A program made the translations under genes and the position numbers. A DNA stretch of 63,684 bases, counting the filler, from Octopus bimaculoides (lineage: Eukaryota): assembly GCF_001194135.2 (NCBI RefSeq). It is 9 parts of 9 records of this genome, joined end to end, with 100 filler letters (N's around TTAATTAATTAA, not from the genome) between each part and the next. Parts side by side here need not be neighbours in the genome. Positions count along the whole stretch, not along the records: positions 1 to 23,096 come from NC_068983.1; 8 more parts are not named here. One strand, 5' to 3'. A model generated the notes under the pieces. That model saw only the letters and a list, made by a program, of their open reading frames with translations, did no database searches and was not told where the DNA came from. Below are positions 1-11,407 of this stretch, in pieces. How positions within the stretch are numbered: the stretch's first letter is position 1; each line of letters starts with the position of its first letter.

Positions 1-1215
1 ATATATATATATATATACATGCAAGTTGTATCTGCACTTAAATGTGGTCAACATATGTCTCGTACAGTTTCTATGAATTATATGGGTTGTTGGTTCTTAT
101 ACATAGGTAATATGACTAAAGCTTAGAGAGGCAGATCTTTAGCAATGTGTGTTTGTAATTTAGATGTTAAATTTGGCTGTAGAAAATTCTGTATAAGGTA
201 AATAAAACATTCTAACAATTATATAAGACGTGTTGTCAGATAAATAGTCAAATTTGTTATTTAGAAAGATAGCTATGGTTATATAAGTATATGCATACGC
301 GTTTGTTCATGTATGTGCGTATACGTTTGTTTATGAGCGTGAGTATATGAGTACAGGCTTATATACAAATATATGTATATTTGCAATTTTATTTTTTGTA
401 TTATATTTTATTTGATCTAGTTATTTATTTTACTTTTATTTCATCATATCGGTCAACTACATCAATTTAGAAAGAATATAATGTTAACAGACATGTACTA
501 TGTGTAGTTATTACAATCGTAATTGCGAGCAATTTGTATACAAAGAGAATGACATCTCCAAACGTTCAGAGCAGGCGCCAACAGGAAAAAATACAAAACA
601 AAAAACACAAGTAGTATTTGCGGATAAAGAAGGAATAACGAGAATGAGTTGAATATGCATTGCAAGTTATAGAGTGAAAAATAGAGGACTTGAATCTGAT
701 ACTGAATAAAGAACCACATGTCAAAAGTTAAAACGACAATAATACAGTCGACACAAATGTTCAAAGTTCAACAACAGCAAACAAAAAGGGGGAAAACAAG
801 AAAATGAAAGGAATTAACTGGTATAAAATATATTAAACAAAAATGTGGAAATTTGAATTGTAACTAAGAACCAAAAGAAGAAAAAACATGAGGAGTGAAA
901 GAGAGGGAGTGAGTGAGAATGGAAGAAAAAGAATGGAAGTCGATCGAAAGAAATGAACGCCCTCCCCCGAGATATAAAATCACGTCAGTAACAGATTTTC
1001 TTTTATCAACAGACGCAGTGAAATAGTGTCAGAGACCAGATCTCAGAAGTACGACGAAATATTTTGATATAATACACTCTGCTTTTATAAAGGAAACAGA
1101 AAATGAATATAACAGATCTTGTGAGTTCTGAAATGGCTGAAATAATGCGTTTCAATTTCAACACCCGATCTCGAATCAAAGGGCTTGTTAAATAAACAAA
1201 CAAACACACACACAT

Positions 1216-1440
1216 CACTGTATCAATGTATCTATCAGACCATCAGATGTTGTTATACACCGCTTGTCACAATGCGCTCCTTCGCATTACTGTAACGATC
1301 GAATGATGCCACCATGCTGGTTGGGCGGGTGGCCATCACCCCCCTTAAACAGAACGCCAATCTGTCGCAGAGTTACTTCTTTTACGGTGAGTGAACTGGA
1401 GCAATGTGGAATGAAATGTTTTGCTCAAAAACACAGCTCA
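1216..1440 (-). mobile_element. Degenerate tRNA-derived SINE fragment (CORE/V-type central domain, 'family C')
   Basis: 1387-1437 (gtgagtgaactggagcaatgtggaatgaaatgttttgctcaaaaacacagc) is the reverse complement of the central domain of the better-preserved copy at 16560-16610. Confidence 0.55.
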
Positions 1441-1750
1441 TTGCTTATTCGAAAATCGAAACCACGATCTTGTAATCGTGAAAACAACTCCCTGACAACT
1501 AGACCACACTCCTCTTATTTCAGATGCATGAGTGATACACTGAGTATATAAATATATTTGCGAATATGCATGTGTATTAGTCTGCATAAGAGTAGCACAA
1601 ATGTAAAAACATAGATTAAAATCGCAGCATGCTCTACACATGTAGTTATAGTTTATAATGCTCTTGTTTCGGTCCTTACTTACGTTTAGAATAGGTCCCA
1701 CCATTATGAAACACCCGATACTATATTATATTATTCAGAAATATTTGTCT

Positions 1751-1913
1751 ATAGGCGCAGGCGTTGCTGTGTGGTAAGAAGCTTGCTTCCCAACCGCATG
1801 GCTCTGGATTCAGTCTTACTGCATGGAATCTTGGGCATGTGCCTTCTACTATAGCCGACCAAAGCCTTATGAGTAGATTTGGAAATTGAAAGAATCCCAT
1901 CCCATCCTATATA

Positions 1914-1967
<54 letters not shown>

Positions 1968-2195
1968 CGAATATATTTGTAGGTTTGTGTTTGTAACCCT
2001 CACCCACATCAGCACTTGACAACTGGTGTTGGTAAGTTTATATCGCTGTAACCTAATGATTCGACAAAAGAGACCGATAGAATAAGTACCGGGCTTTAAA
2101 AAAATACGTCCTGGGGTCGATTTGATTGACTAAAACAATTCAATGCGGTGCTTCAGTATGGCCGCAGTAAAATGACTGAAACAAGTATAGGAATG
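1751..2195 (+). mobile_element. Full-length SINE ('family A') with an internal TA microsatellite
   Basis: tRNA-like head (ggcgcaggcgttgctgtgtggtaagaagcttgct...ggattcagtc), CORE-like ccttgggca-type block, internal (TA)n at about 1908-1964, then a 3' module ending gcatggccgcagtaaaatgactgaaacaagta. Homologous halves recur more than 10 times in the window. Confidence 0.85.
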
Positions 2196-2324
2196 AGAAA
2201 ATGTAACCAACAGCAACAATTATCAATAAACAACGTCCATAAGAACCACTGCAACAAGAAAAGGAATAACATGAACAATAACGACACCAAAAGCAGTCAG
2301 AACAAAGATAACGGTTGTTAGAAA

Positions 2325-2640
2325 ATAGATGGCTATCGTTTACGGCGATATATATGTTCTTTGATCAGTTGAATCACCTGCATTGCAATTGCTGGTATGT
2401 GGCCGAGTATTCCACAGACGTGTGTATCCTTAAAGTAATCCTCAAACAGAAACAACGTGGGTGCTAGATTTTCAGATACCATCCCAGCGACGGGCTTTCA
2501 CACCGTTTCCGTCTACGCATTTCCACACATGAAGCTTAGGGGTGAACCAAGGCCATTGTTAAAAAAGGTCATCTATCCAACATGCCTGCCAGTGGGATTG
2601 AACTTGGTTCTTCGTGATTGCGAAGCGAACTTGTTAACTA
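2325..2640 (-). mobile_element. Two abutting degenerate SINE pieces (family A head 2490-2640; family C tail 2330-2450)
   Basis: The reverse complements match 1755-1900 and 16680-16800 respectively. Confidence 0.6.
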
Positions 2641-2819
2641 TTTCGCCGATTCTAAAGGAATTCAACGACAAGCAATCATACTAACGACAGAAACGAAAAT
2701 TACTAACAGCAATAAAAAATCAGCAATAACAACAAGCGTTAATTGTTGGGAGTTTATAGGATCGCCACAGCAAAAACGACGAAACCACACGTCACTAACA
2801 TTCCTAACAGGAATGCTAA

Positions 2820-2857
2820 CTACAGCAACAACAACAACACAACAACTACTACTACTA

Positions 2858-2941
<84 letters not shown>

Positions 2942-3072
2942 ATAATAATAATAATATTAGTAAGGCTGCAGCAGCAACTACCACAGCAAGGAAGAAAAAC
3001 GCCATTACTACAAATTTATCAACAACAACAACAACAACAGCAATACCACCACCACCACCAACAACAACAACG
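2820..3072. repeat. Compound trinucleotide microsatellite (CTA/CTG/ATA/CAA/CCA)
   Basis: Direct reading. It explains the poly-L/T/Q/V ORFs. Confidence 0.95.
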
Positions 3073-3416
3073 TGAAGAGCGTCACAAGTCAATGAGAAAT
3101 CTAAATGATTTGCTAATCGAATGTTTAGAAGCTGTATCAATAGAATTGTCCTGTTGACATGTGAGCAACTTGTTCAACAATATTCAGTTAATAACTCCTG
3201 CAGGTATTGTCGCATGAACATGTCAGATACTGACAGACAACAGACATCTTGGCATCTTCTCTATAAAGCCAACGCACTGCATCAGTTACTATAATTAGTT
3301 TCATGATTTCACATTGAATTAATGCCAGTTAAATGCTGTATATATTCCACCCACCATTTTCACCATTTTCCAACTATCTTTATAGTTCCATCACAGCCTT
3401 GTCTTTAAGACGTCTC

Positions 3417-3524
3417 GCTCTTTCACTCGCTCTTTCACTCGCTCTTTCACTCGCTCTTTCACTCGCTCTTTCACTCGCTCTTTCACTCGCTCTTTCAATC
3501 GCTCTTTCAATCGCTCTTTCACTC
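3417..3524. repeat. 12-bp minisatellite (GCTCTTTCACTC) x9
   Basis: Nine tandem units; two carry a CAC>CAA variant. Confidence 0.95.
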
Positions 3525-3564
3525 ACTTTCTCTATCAGCAGTTGCAGCTGTTTTTGCTGTTGCT

Positions 3565-3596
<32 letters not shown>

Positions 3597-4057
3597 GGTG
3601 GTGGTGGTGTTGNNNNNNNNNNNNNNNNNNNNNNNNNNNNNNNNNNNNNNNNNNNNNNNNNNNNNNNNNNNNNNNNNNNNNNNNNNNNNNNNNNNNNNNN
3701 NNNNNNNNNNNNNNNNNNNNNNNNNNNNNNNNNNNNNNNNNNNNNNNNNNNNNNNNNNNNNNNNNNNNNNNNNNNNNNNNNNNNNNNNNNNNNNNNNNNN
3801 NNNNNNNNNNNNNNNNNNNNNNNNNNNNNNNNNNNNNNNNNNNNNNNNNNNNNNNNNNNNNNNNNNNNNNNNNNNNNNNNNNNNNNNNNNNNNNNNNNNN
3901 NNNNNNNNNNNNNNNNNNNNNNNNNNNNNNNNNNNNNNNNNNNNNNNNNNNNNNNNNNNAGTAGTAGTAGTAGTGGTGGTGGTGGTGGTAGTAGTTGTAG
4001 TAGTAGTAGTACTAGTGGTAGTAGTAGTGGTGGTGGTAGTAGTTGTAGTAGTAGTAC

Positions 4058-4092
<35 letters not shown>

Positions 4093-4158
4093 CTAGTAGT
4101 AGTAGTAGTAGTGATGGTGGTGGTGGTAGTAGTAGTAGTACTAGTAGTAGTACTACTG

Positions 4159-4242
<84 letters not shown>
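3565..4242. repeat. (TAG/TGG)n trinucleotide array flanking an N gap
   Basis: Direct reading on both sides of the 3613-3959 gap. Confidence 0.9.
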
Positions 4243-4620
4243 CTTTTATTGTCGTTGCTGCTGCAGTTTTTGTAATCATCGTCGGCATGTATGTTTCATG
4301 TCAATATTGATTGCTTCCGCCTATCTTTCTTTTTACGGTATTGTAACGGATAAGTTTCATAAACACTATCTCATCCATCCTCTCACAGTTGAGAAAACTA
4401 CCAGTCAAACACTGGTGTTCACGTAACCGTTTCGATGATAATCAAGCTGAGACCGCCTTTTGTTCTATGATACAGACTTCCTGTTTTAAAGAGATTAACA
4501 CTAAAAGTTTCCAACAGAAATTTCATGCAGATTTATGTTCTGCCCAGAGGTTTAAAAATAACAATCATTTTACAAAATTTAATATCATTTTTTTTCTTCA
4601 ACATTATATAAAATACATAA

Positions 4621-4848
4621 GGCGGTGAGGTGGCAGAATCTTTAGTACATCGGGCAAAATGCTTAGCGTCATTTCGCCCGTCTTCATGTTCTATGTTCAA
4701 ATTCCTCCCGGGTCGACTTTACCTTTTCATTCTTTCGGGGTCGATAAATCAAGTACCAGTAAAATACTGATATCGATATAATCGACTAATTCCCCACCCA
4801 CCCACACACACACAAAGTTCAGGCCTTCTACCTTTAGTGGAAAGGATT
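4621..4848 (+). mobile_element. tRNA-derived SINE ('family B', Meta-domain-like)
   Basis: A-box tggcagaatc, B-box-like gttcaaattcc, and the block gtcgactttacc...ttcattctttcggggtcgataaatcaagtaccag resembling the MetaSINE central domain; (ATT)n tail. Confidence 0.85.
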
Positions 4849-4873
4849 ATTATTATTATTATTATTAATATCA

Positions 4874-4904
<31 letters not shown>

Positions 4905-4929
4905 TATTATTATTGTTGTTGTTGTTGGT

Positions 4930-5130
4930 GGTGGTGAGGTGGAAGAATCGTTAACATGCCGGGCGAAATGCTTGGCGATATTTCATCCGTTCTGAGTTCA
5001 AATTCCGCCAAGGACGACTTTACCTGTCATGTTTTCGGGGTCGATAAGTTAAGTACTAGTTGAGTACTGGAGTCGATGTGATCGACTGTCCCCTTCCACA
5101 CAATGTCCAGACCTTGTGCCTATAATAGAA
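4930..5130 (+). mobile_element. Second family B SINE in tandem
   Basis: Same head, B-box (gagttcaaattcc) and Meta-like block as 4621-4848; followed by (ATT)n. Confidence 0.85.
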
Positions 5131-5145
5131 ATAATAATAATTATA

Positions 5146-5225
<80 letters not shown>

Positions 5226-5284
5226 GTTGTTTTTATTCTTCAATGCACTAGAATACAAAAAATGGACTATATACCTGTTGTAAT

Positions 5285-5762
5285 TTAATTATCTATAGTC
5301 CGATGATATTTCAGAATACAATTCCTTCTTCAGATATTCTTAGATGAAGTCGCTGCTATATAATCTGTTTTCCAACGGCTTTTCGTTTTTCGGAAGCGTC
5401 TCAACAATGGCCTCGTGACGCTCCTTCCGGAATTCCTCATGAGAAGTGCATGAGGTCGGCTATGTTTCAATCTCGTATGTGTTGGTGCATTTGTAGCGCT
5501 GCTTCTAAGTTATGTATTATACGTGCAGCTTCCTTTTTTCCCTCTTCTCTTTTTCTTTTGCTATAAACAATAGATGAGCATATCAAAAATGAACCTACAC
5601 ACATCCAGATGTAGCTAAATAATATATTGATTACCAACCTCCAGCCTGTTGTTAATTTGGGTCTTAGTCTGTGTATGAGCATAGCTTCCTTAATTCTTAA
5701 ATTACCCAAATTTCTTTCATTGGCCTCAATTGTGACTGTTATGCTTTTGTCAGTGTTCTGAA
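5285..5762 (-). mobile_element. 3' remnant of a Penelope-like retroelement (GIY-YIG C-terminus plus pLTR-like region)
   Basis: The minus strand at 5761-5645 reads FQNTDKSITVTIEANERNLGNLRIKEAMLIHRLRPKLT, matching the LxIxEAxxIxxxxPxLN end of PLE GIY-YIG endonucleases. A hammerhead-like motif lies about 310 nt downstream. Confidence 0.65.
5291..5345 (-). ncRNA. Degenerate type I hammerhead ribozyme motif
   Basis: CUGAAGA (5333-5327), stem II AGGA/UUCU, GAAAU (5312-5308), AUC loop, AUC cleavage triplet. Stem I pairs only distally (AUCUA/UAGAU). Confidence 0.5.
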
Positions 5763-5799
<37 letters not shown>

Positions 5800-5977
5800 G
5801 AGTCAAAATTAAAAGAAGAGTGCCATTGTTATCTAATGAACGATATTTCGACATCTTGTGTGTCTTCAACTGGTTCAAAAAATAAATTTGTCAATCTACT
5901 TCATTTTGGTTTATATAGAAAGGAATGAGCTAACTTCTCCTGAAGATATGGAGTCAAAATTTATATTATATTATTTA

Positions 5978-6050
<73 letters not shown>

Positions 6051-6344
6051 TCTTCCAGCTCCTTCTGTTCTTCACAAATACGACTCCCGCTATATATACA
6101 GACGATATTAACCACTTTCGAAGCTCCTCCCAGTGATTTATTTGTTTCGTTTGATGTCCTCTCCTTCCAATTCAGATGGCCAGACGGAACTAACAGTTCG
6201 CTCATTTGTTAACACAACAAACCTCAACAGCGCTTTTCCAGCTGTCTTCACACTTGTCCTCTTCAAACGTATACACTGACATCACAGGGCGACTCAAATT
6301 TCTCTTCTCACATCTTTCACACATCCTCTGTCTCCCACTGTACA

Positions 6345-6375
<31 letters not shown>

Positions 6376-6724
6376 GTCTCTCTCTCTCTCACATACACAC
6401 TCACACACATACGCTCCCTCGCTCTTTCACATATGCATATGTATGTACGGGTGTATGTATGTAGACACACTCACACACTTGTGTGTGTATGTATAGATGT
6501 ATCTTAGGTACTGGTCGGGTATAAAGGTAGGGTACTTCCAGAGAAGTACACAACGCGTGTTCTCGGCTACACAAACACACACAAACACGCACACATACGC
6601 ACACACACACATATTTTCATATACACATATATACCAATACACACATGCACACGCACACCCACACAAATATGATCTTCGCTTTTAAGAATAATTTTTTTAA
6701 AACAGATAAAGAAAGAGGCATGAT

Positions 6725-6792
6725 TGCTTTGACCCAATGGTATAATGTCTGTCATATTTACGGGATATGTCGGTTCGAATCCCTCGGTCAGC
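6725..6792 (+). pseudogene. tRNA-like remnant (isolated SINE head or tRNA pseudogene)
   Basis: A-box-like TGACCCAATGG (6730-6740), exact B-box GGTTCGAATCC (6772-6782), partial acceptor pairing. The anticodon arm is non-canonical. Confidence 0.4.
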
Positions 6793-6921
6793 TTTCGACA
6801 TTTTCTGCAAAGGTTTTTTGAACCCACACTATTATCTGTAGGTTTATTTGCTTCGACTTATTTCACATTACCCTGTAGTTCGTGGATTTTTATTACATCA
6901 TCAATATACAAATATGTAAAA

Positions 6922-7161
6922 TACTCCATTTCGAGCGTGGCCGTTGCCAGTACCTCCTCACTGGCCTTCGTGCCGGTGGCACGTAAAAGCACACACTACG
7001 CTCTTGGAGTGGTTGGCGTTAGGAAGGGCATCCAGCTGTAGAAACTCTGCCAGATCAGATTGGAGTCTGGTGTAGCCATCTGGTTGACCAGTCCTCAGTC
7101 AAATCGTCCAGCCCATGCTAGCATGGAAAGCGGACGTTAAACGATGTTGATGATGATGATG
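6922..7161 (+). mobile_element. 3' end of an RTE-clade LINE or RTE-tailed SINE
   Basis: gttggcgttaggaagggcatccagctgtagaaac...cccatgctagcatggaaagcggacgttaaacgatg followed by a (GAT)n tail, the typical RTE-type terminus. Confidence 0.75.
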
Positions 7162-7185
7162 TATGTATGAATGTCTGTACGTGTG

Positions 7186-7234
<49 letters not shown>

Positions 7235-7406
7235 TATTATTGTTATTATTATTATTGTTATTATTATTATTAGACAATGTTACGGTATTACTACATGGTA
7301 CCAGTTGCTTGACTGTTCTGCTCTGCCGAGCAGGATGAAACACAATGTCAAACATTCACTTATGACGTCATAGAGTTCTACCGAAAGATATATATATATA
7401 TATATG

Positions 7407-7509
<103 letters not shown>

Positions 7510-7953
7510 CCTTTATTCGCATACATTTTGTCTTCTAAGATGTTAGAGCAATTAATGCAATTTTAGTAGCTTGGATTGTGGTGATTTGGAACCAGCTAGT
7601 TTCTTTGCTATTTTAACTACTCGTAGCAACTTACCCATCTCATCATTCCTCAAATGCCAAGACAATGTAGTACAAGCTTATTAATCAACATGTAAGGAAG
7701 ATGGCTAGACATTAGTTACTGCAATACCAACACAGCGTGAGTTATAAATATACATATAAATATCTGCTTAATCTCCTTTCTGTCCTGTGTTGCACATCGA
7801 TTCATCCTCGGATGATGCCAGTAATATATGAGTTTCTGCGAGAACAGGTTACTATACTCTCACACAACACTTCCCTATTTTCAGAGCAATGCGGCATGCT
7901 TTGAATGGGTTCCTCACTCATGGTTTTTGTCACGAGGTTAACGTAGTCAATTC

Positions 7954-8001
<48 letters not shown>

Positions 8002-8527
8002 TGAGAGAGAAAGAAAAAGAGAGAGAGAGGGAGGGAGATAGTGAGTGAGTGAGTGAGGGAGGGAGGGAGGGAAAGAAAGACAGTGAGAGACAAAGAGAGA
8101 GATAGTGACAGACAAACCGACCCTGTATTCCAATAACTGATGGTATCCGCCTTTTCTGACCCGCAATAATAGAAGCAAAGTAGACTTCTAGGTAAATTTG
8201 TTCTCAGAGCGCAGAAAGACAAAACATATAATAATACCCTGTGTACGTCTGTGTGTGAGAGAATTTCCTCCACCCACCCCCACGGACGAGTATTTGTTTT
8301 AGTATAATTGTTTGCATGTTTATGTGACTGCATGTACATCTGTTTCTGCAAAGATACATGTATATATACATGCATATATACATGTGTGTGTGTTTATATA
8401 TGTATAGGATAGGTGGTAGGAATGGAGGACGTAGATCCATACTACATATGTTTCCATGCCAATCTGAACATGTTTTACGTCACTCAAGTATGTAACATAT
8501 ATTCAGCTCAGCGTTTCTTCACCTACT

Positions 8528-8594
8528 GGTTTCAAGTTATTGTCGCATGGAGAAAAGTGAGAAAAGTTTCTCCATGCGACAATACCTTGAAACC
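8528..8594. other. 67-nt near-perfect hairpin (28-bp stem, 1 mismatch, 11-nt loop)
   Basis: ggtttcaagttattgtcgcatggagaaa (8528-8555) against tttctccatgcgacaataccttgaaacc (8567-8594). Confidence 0.9.
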
Positions 8595-8866
8595 CTACAC
8601 CTATCAATCTATAATCGCATTGTTAGCCATCTTTGTTGCTAAATCATGAGATGTCTTGTTGCTGTCAACTTATCGAAATTTCAGTTTGATTCGATATGGG
8701 ACGAAATCTATAACATACGTTGGTTAATAAAATGCTGTTGATCGAGTACCATCCGCTCTATGTCATATATACAAGCCGTGTATATGTTTGATGCTAATTG
8801 TCTGTACGAAGGTCTTTTCCGGATCGCACTTCTCTAACACGCACGCACATACCCTGTCTCTCTCTT

Positions 8867-8923
<57 letters not shown>

Positions 8924-10204
8924 NNNNNNNNNNNNNNNNNNNNNNNNNNNNNNNNNNNNNNNNNNNNNNNNNNNNNNNNNNNNNNNNNNNNNNNNNNNNN
9001 NNNNNNNNNNNNNNNNNNNNNNNNNNNNNNNNNNNNNNNNNNNNNNNNNNNNNNNNNNNNNNNNNNNNNNNNNNNNNNNNNNNNNNNNNNNNNNNNNNNN
9101 NNNNNNNNNNNNNNNNNNNNNNNNNNNNNNNNNNNNNNNNNNNNNNNNNNNNNNNNNNNNNNNNNNNNNNNNNNNNNNNNNNNNNNNNNNNNNNNNNNNN
9201 NNNNNNNNNNNNNNNNNNNNNNNNNNNNNNNNNNNNNNNNNNNNNNNNNNNNNNNNNNNNNNNNNNNNNNNNNNNNNNNNNNNNNNNNNNNNNNNNNNNN
9301 NNNNNNNNNNNNNNNNNNNNNNNNNNNNNNNNNNNNNNNNNNNNNNNNNNNNNNNNNNNNNNNNNNNNNNNNNNNNNNNNNNNNNNNNNNNNNNNNNNNN
9401 NNNNNNNNNNNNNNNNNNNNNNNNNNNNNNNNNNNNNNNNNNNNNNNNNNNNNNNNNNNNNNNNNNNNNNNNNNNNNNCACCACCACCACCACCGCCACC
9501 ATCATTATTATCATCACTAACGGCTACATCGACAACCACGCTTCTTTATCATTACAATCAATCTGTTTACTGTACGCCAAAGTCGCTGTCTTGTATATAT
9601 CTTTCCTGTCTCATCAATGACAGAACAAAAAATTCGTCTGGCTAACTGGCTGGCGGGCTGGTTGGTTGGTTGTCTCTCAGTCTAGCTGTCAGTCTGACTG
9701 TCAGTCACTCAGTCTGGCTGGCTATGTATCAGTCATGTAAGGACACCATATCACTTGTCATTCGTTGGATAAGGATGAGGCGTGTGAAGGAGCGGACAGC
9801 GTCGGCAATCACGCAGCTCTGATGTTTACCTGTCTTACAGCTAACGTTCTGCAACAGTGACATTGCCATCAGCGTTTGAAGACCTGATGACGTTGAAAAT
9901 ACTGGCTGACAATGTTGTTGTTGTTGTTGTTGGTGGTGGTGGTGATGTTAAACCTTGATGTGATAAGGGCATGGTGGTGGTGATGTTTTCCTTGTTGTGA
10001 TTAGAGGTGTGATGGTGACATTTGTTTGGGTTGTGGTGCTGTTCGTCTTTGTTGCTATGGTAGTGGTAATGGCGGCGGCGGCGGCGGTGGCGGTGGTGGT
10101 TCTGCTGGTGGTGGTGGTGCTGGTAATTTTTAGGGTTAGTTGCGCTCGTTTTACTGTTTCTCTTTCTGTTGCTACTTTATCTATCACGAATATATCCACC
10201 TCTC

Positions 10205-10330
10205 TCTCTTAGACTCTCTCTCTCAGAGACTCTCTCTCTCGGAGACTCTCTCTCTCGGAGACTCTCTCTCTCAGAGACTCTCTCTCTCTCTCTCAGAGAC
10301 TCTCTCTTTCTCTCAGAGACTCTCTCTCTC
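10205..10330. repeat. About 16-bp minisatellite (AGAGACTCTCTCTCTC)n derived from a CT microsatellite
   Basis: About seven units of [A/G]GAGAC followed by (TC)n of variable length. Confidence 0.85.
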
Positions 10331-10558
10331 CTTCTCTCTCTCTCCTTCTCTCTCTCCCTCTCTGTCTTTCACTCTCTCATGCACACACAACCTTTCCTTC
10401 TCNNNNNNNNNNNNNNNNNNNNNNNNNNNNNNNNNNNNNNNNNNNNNNNNNNNNNNNNNNNNNNNNNNNNNNNNNNNNNNNNNNNNNNNNNNNNNNNNNN
10501 NNNNNNNNNNNNNNNNNNNNNNNNNNNNNNNNNNNNNNNNNNNNNNNNNNNNNNNNNN

Positions 10559-10610
<52 letters not shown>

Positions 10611-11293
10611 TGTATGTAAGTTTGTATGTTTATATGAATGTATATATGAATGTATATATGAATGTCTGTTTATATGAGTGTATATATGAATGCATGAATG
10701 AATGAATGAATTCATGCATGTGTATTATATGTCTGTTAATGTACCTGTCTCTCTGGCCGTCTGTCTGTCTGTATGTATTTATGTACGTACGTATGAATGA
10801 ATGAATAATGTACGAGAATTGGGCTCTTATCTTCGTGACAAATGACTGACAACTACTCAGTTTGACATCACACATCCTCTACAAAGCTCCATTCTTTCAT
10901 CACTACAATATCTTCAAGATTTTATGCAGAAACCACCCGACCATCCAGAAGCCACCCTCCGCTCTTTAATAACCGCTCTACTCTAATACTCCCTATGTAC
11001 TCTACCCTACACGACCTATAAAATCTATTTATCACAGAAACTAGTATACGATGCAAGCATGTTTTTCCTTACATCATGTGTCTTCTTTTGTCCAGTACTA
11101 AAAATGGCATGCGTATAATCACGTGATGACAATTTGAAGAAATGGCGAGTCTCTGTGGTGCTTCTATCGTTGAAACAATATTTGCTTTTAGCATTTAACC
11201 CGAAGGATGATGTGGGAAGAAATTGTCACATAGTCCTTGAGGGCAACGTCTCCTAGAGAAACAGGCGTAGGCGTGGCTATGGAGTAAGAAGTT

Positions 11294-11362
<69 letters not shown>

Positions 11363-11369
11363 GCGTGTG

Positions 11370-11400
<31 letters not shown>

Positions 11401-11407
11401 GTGTGTG

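Noticed and set aside
2618-4310. Long ORFs (179-325 aa) with poly-L/Q/T/V/S
   Set aside because: They are translations of trinucleotide repeats and N runs.
6050-6345. CERCE-containing minus-strand ORF resembling a LINE zinc knuckle
   Set aside because: The H/C ligands of a CCHC motif are absent, and part of the ORF is GA repeat.
7876-7930. Plus-strand 52-nt exon candidate (AMRHALNGFLTHGFCHE)
   Set aside because: The acceptor is good but the donor (GTTAAC) is weak, there are no partner exons, and the peptide is unrecognised.
8435-8525. GAAAC-ATAT-GTA on the minus strand (hammerhead stem III-like)
   Set aside because: No intact CUGANGA with a compatible stem I was found (only CUGAAUA and GUGAAGA).
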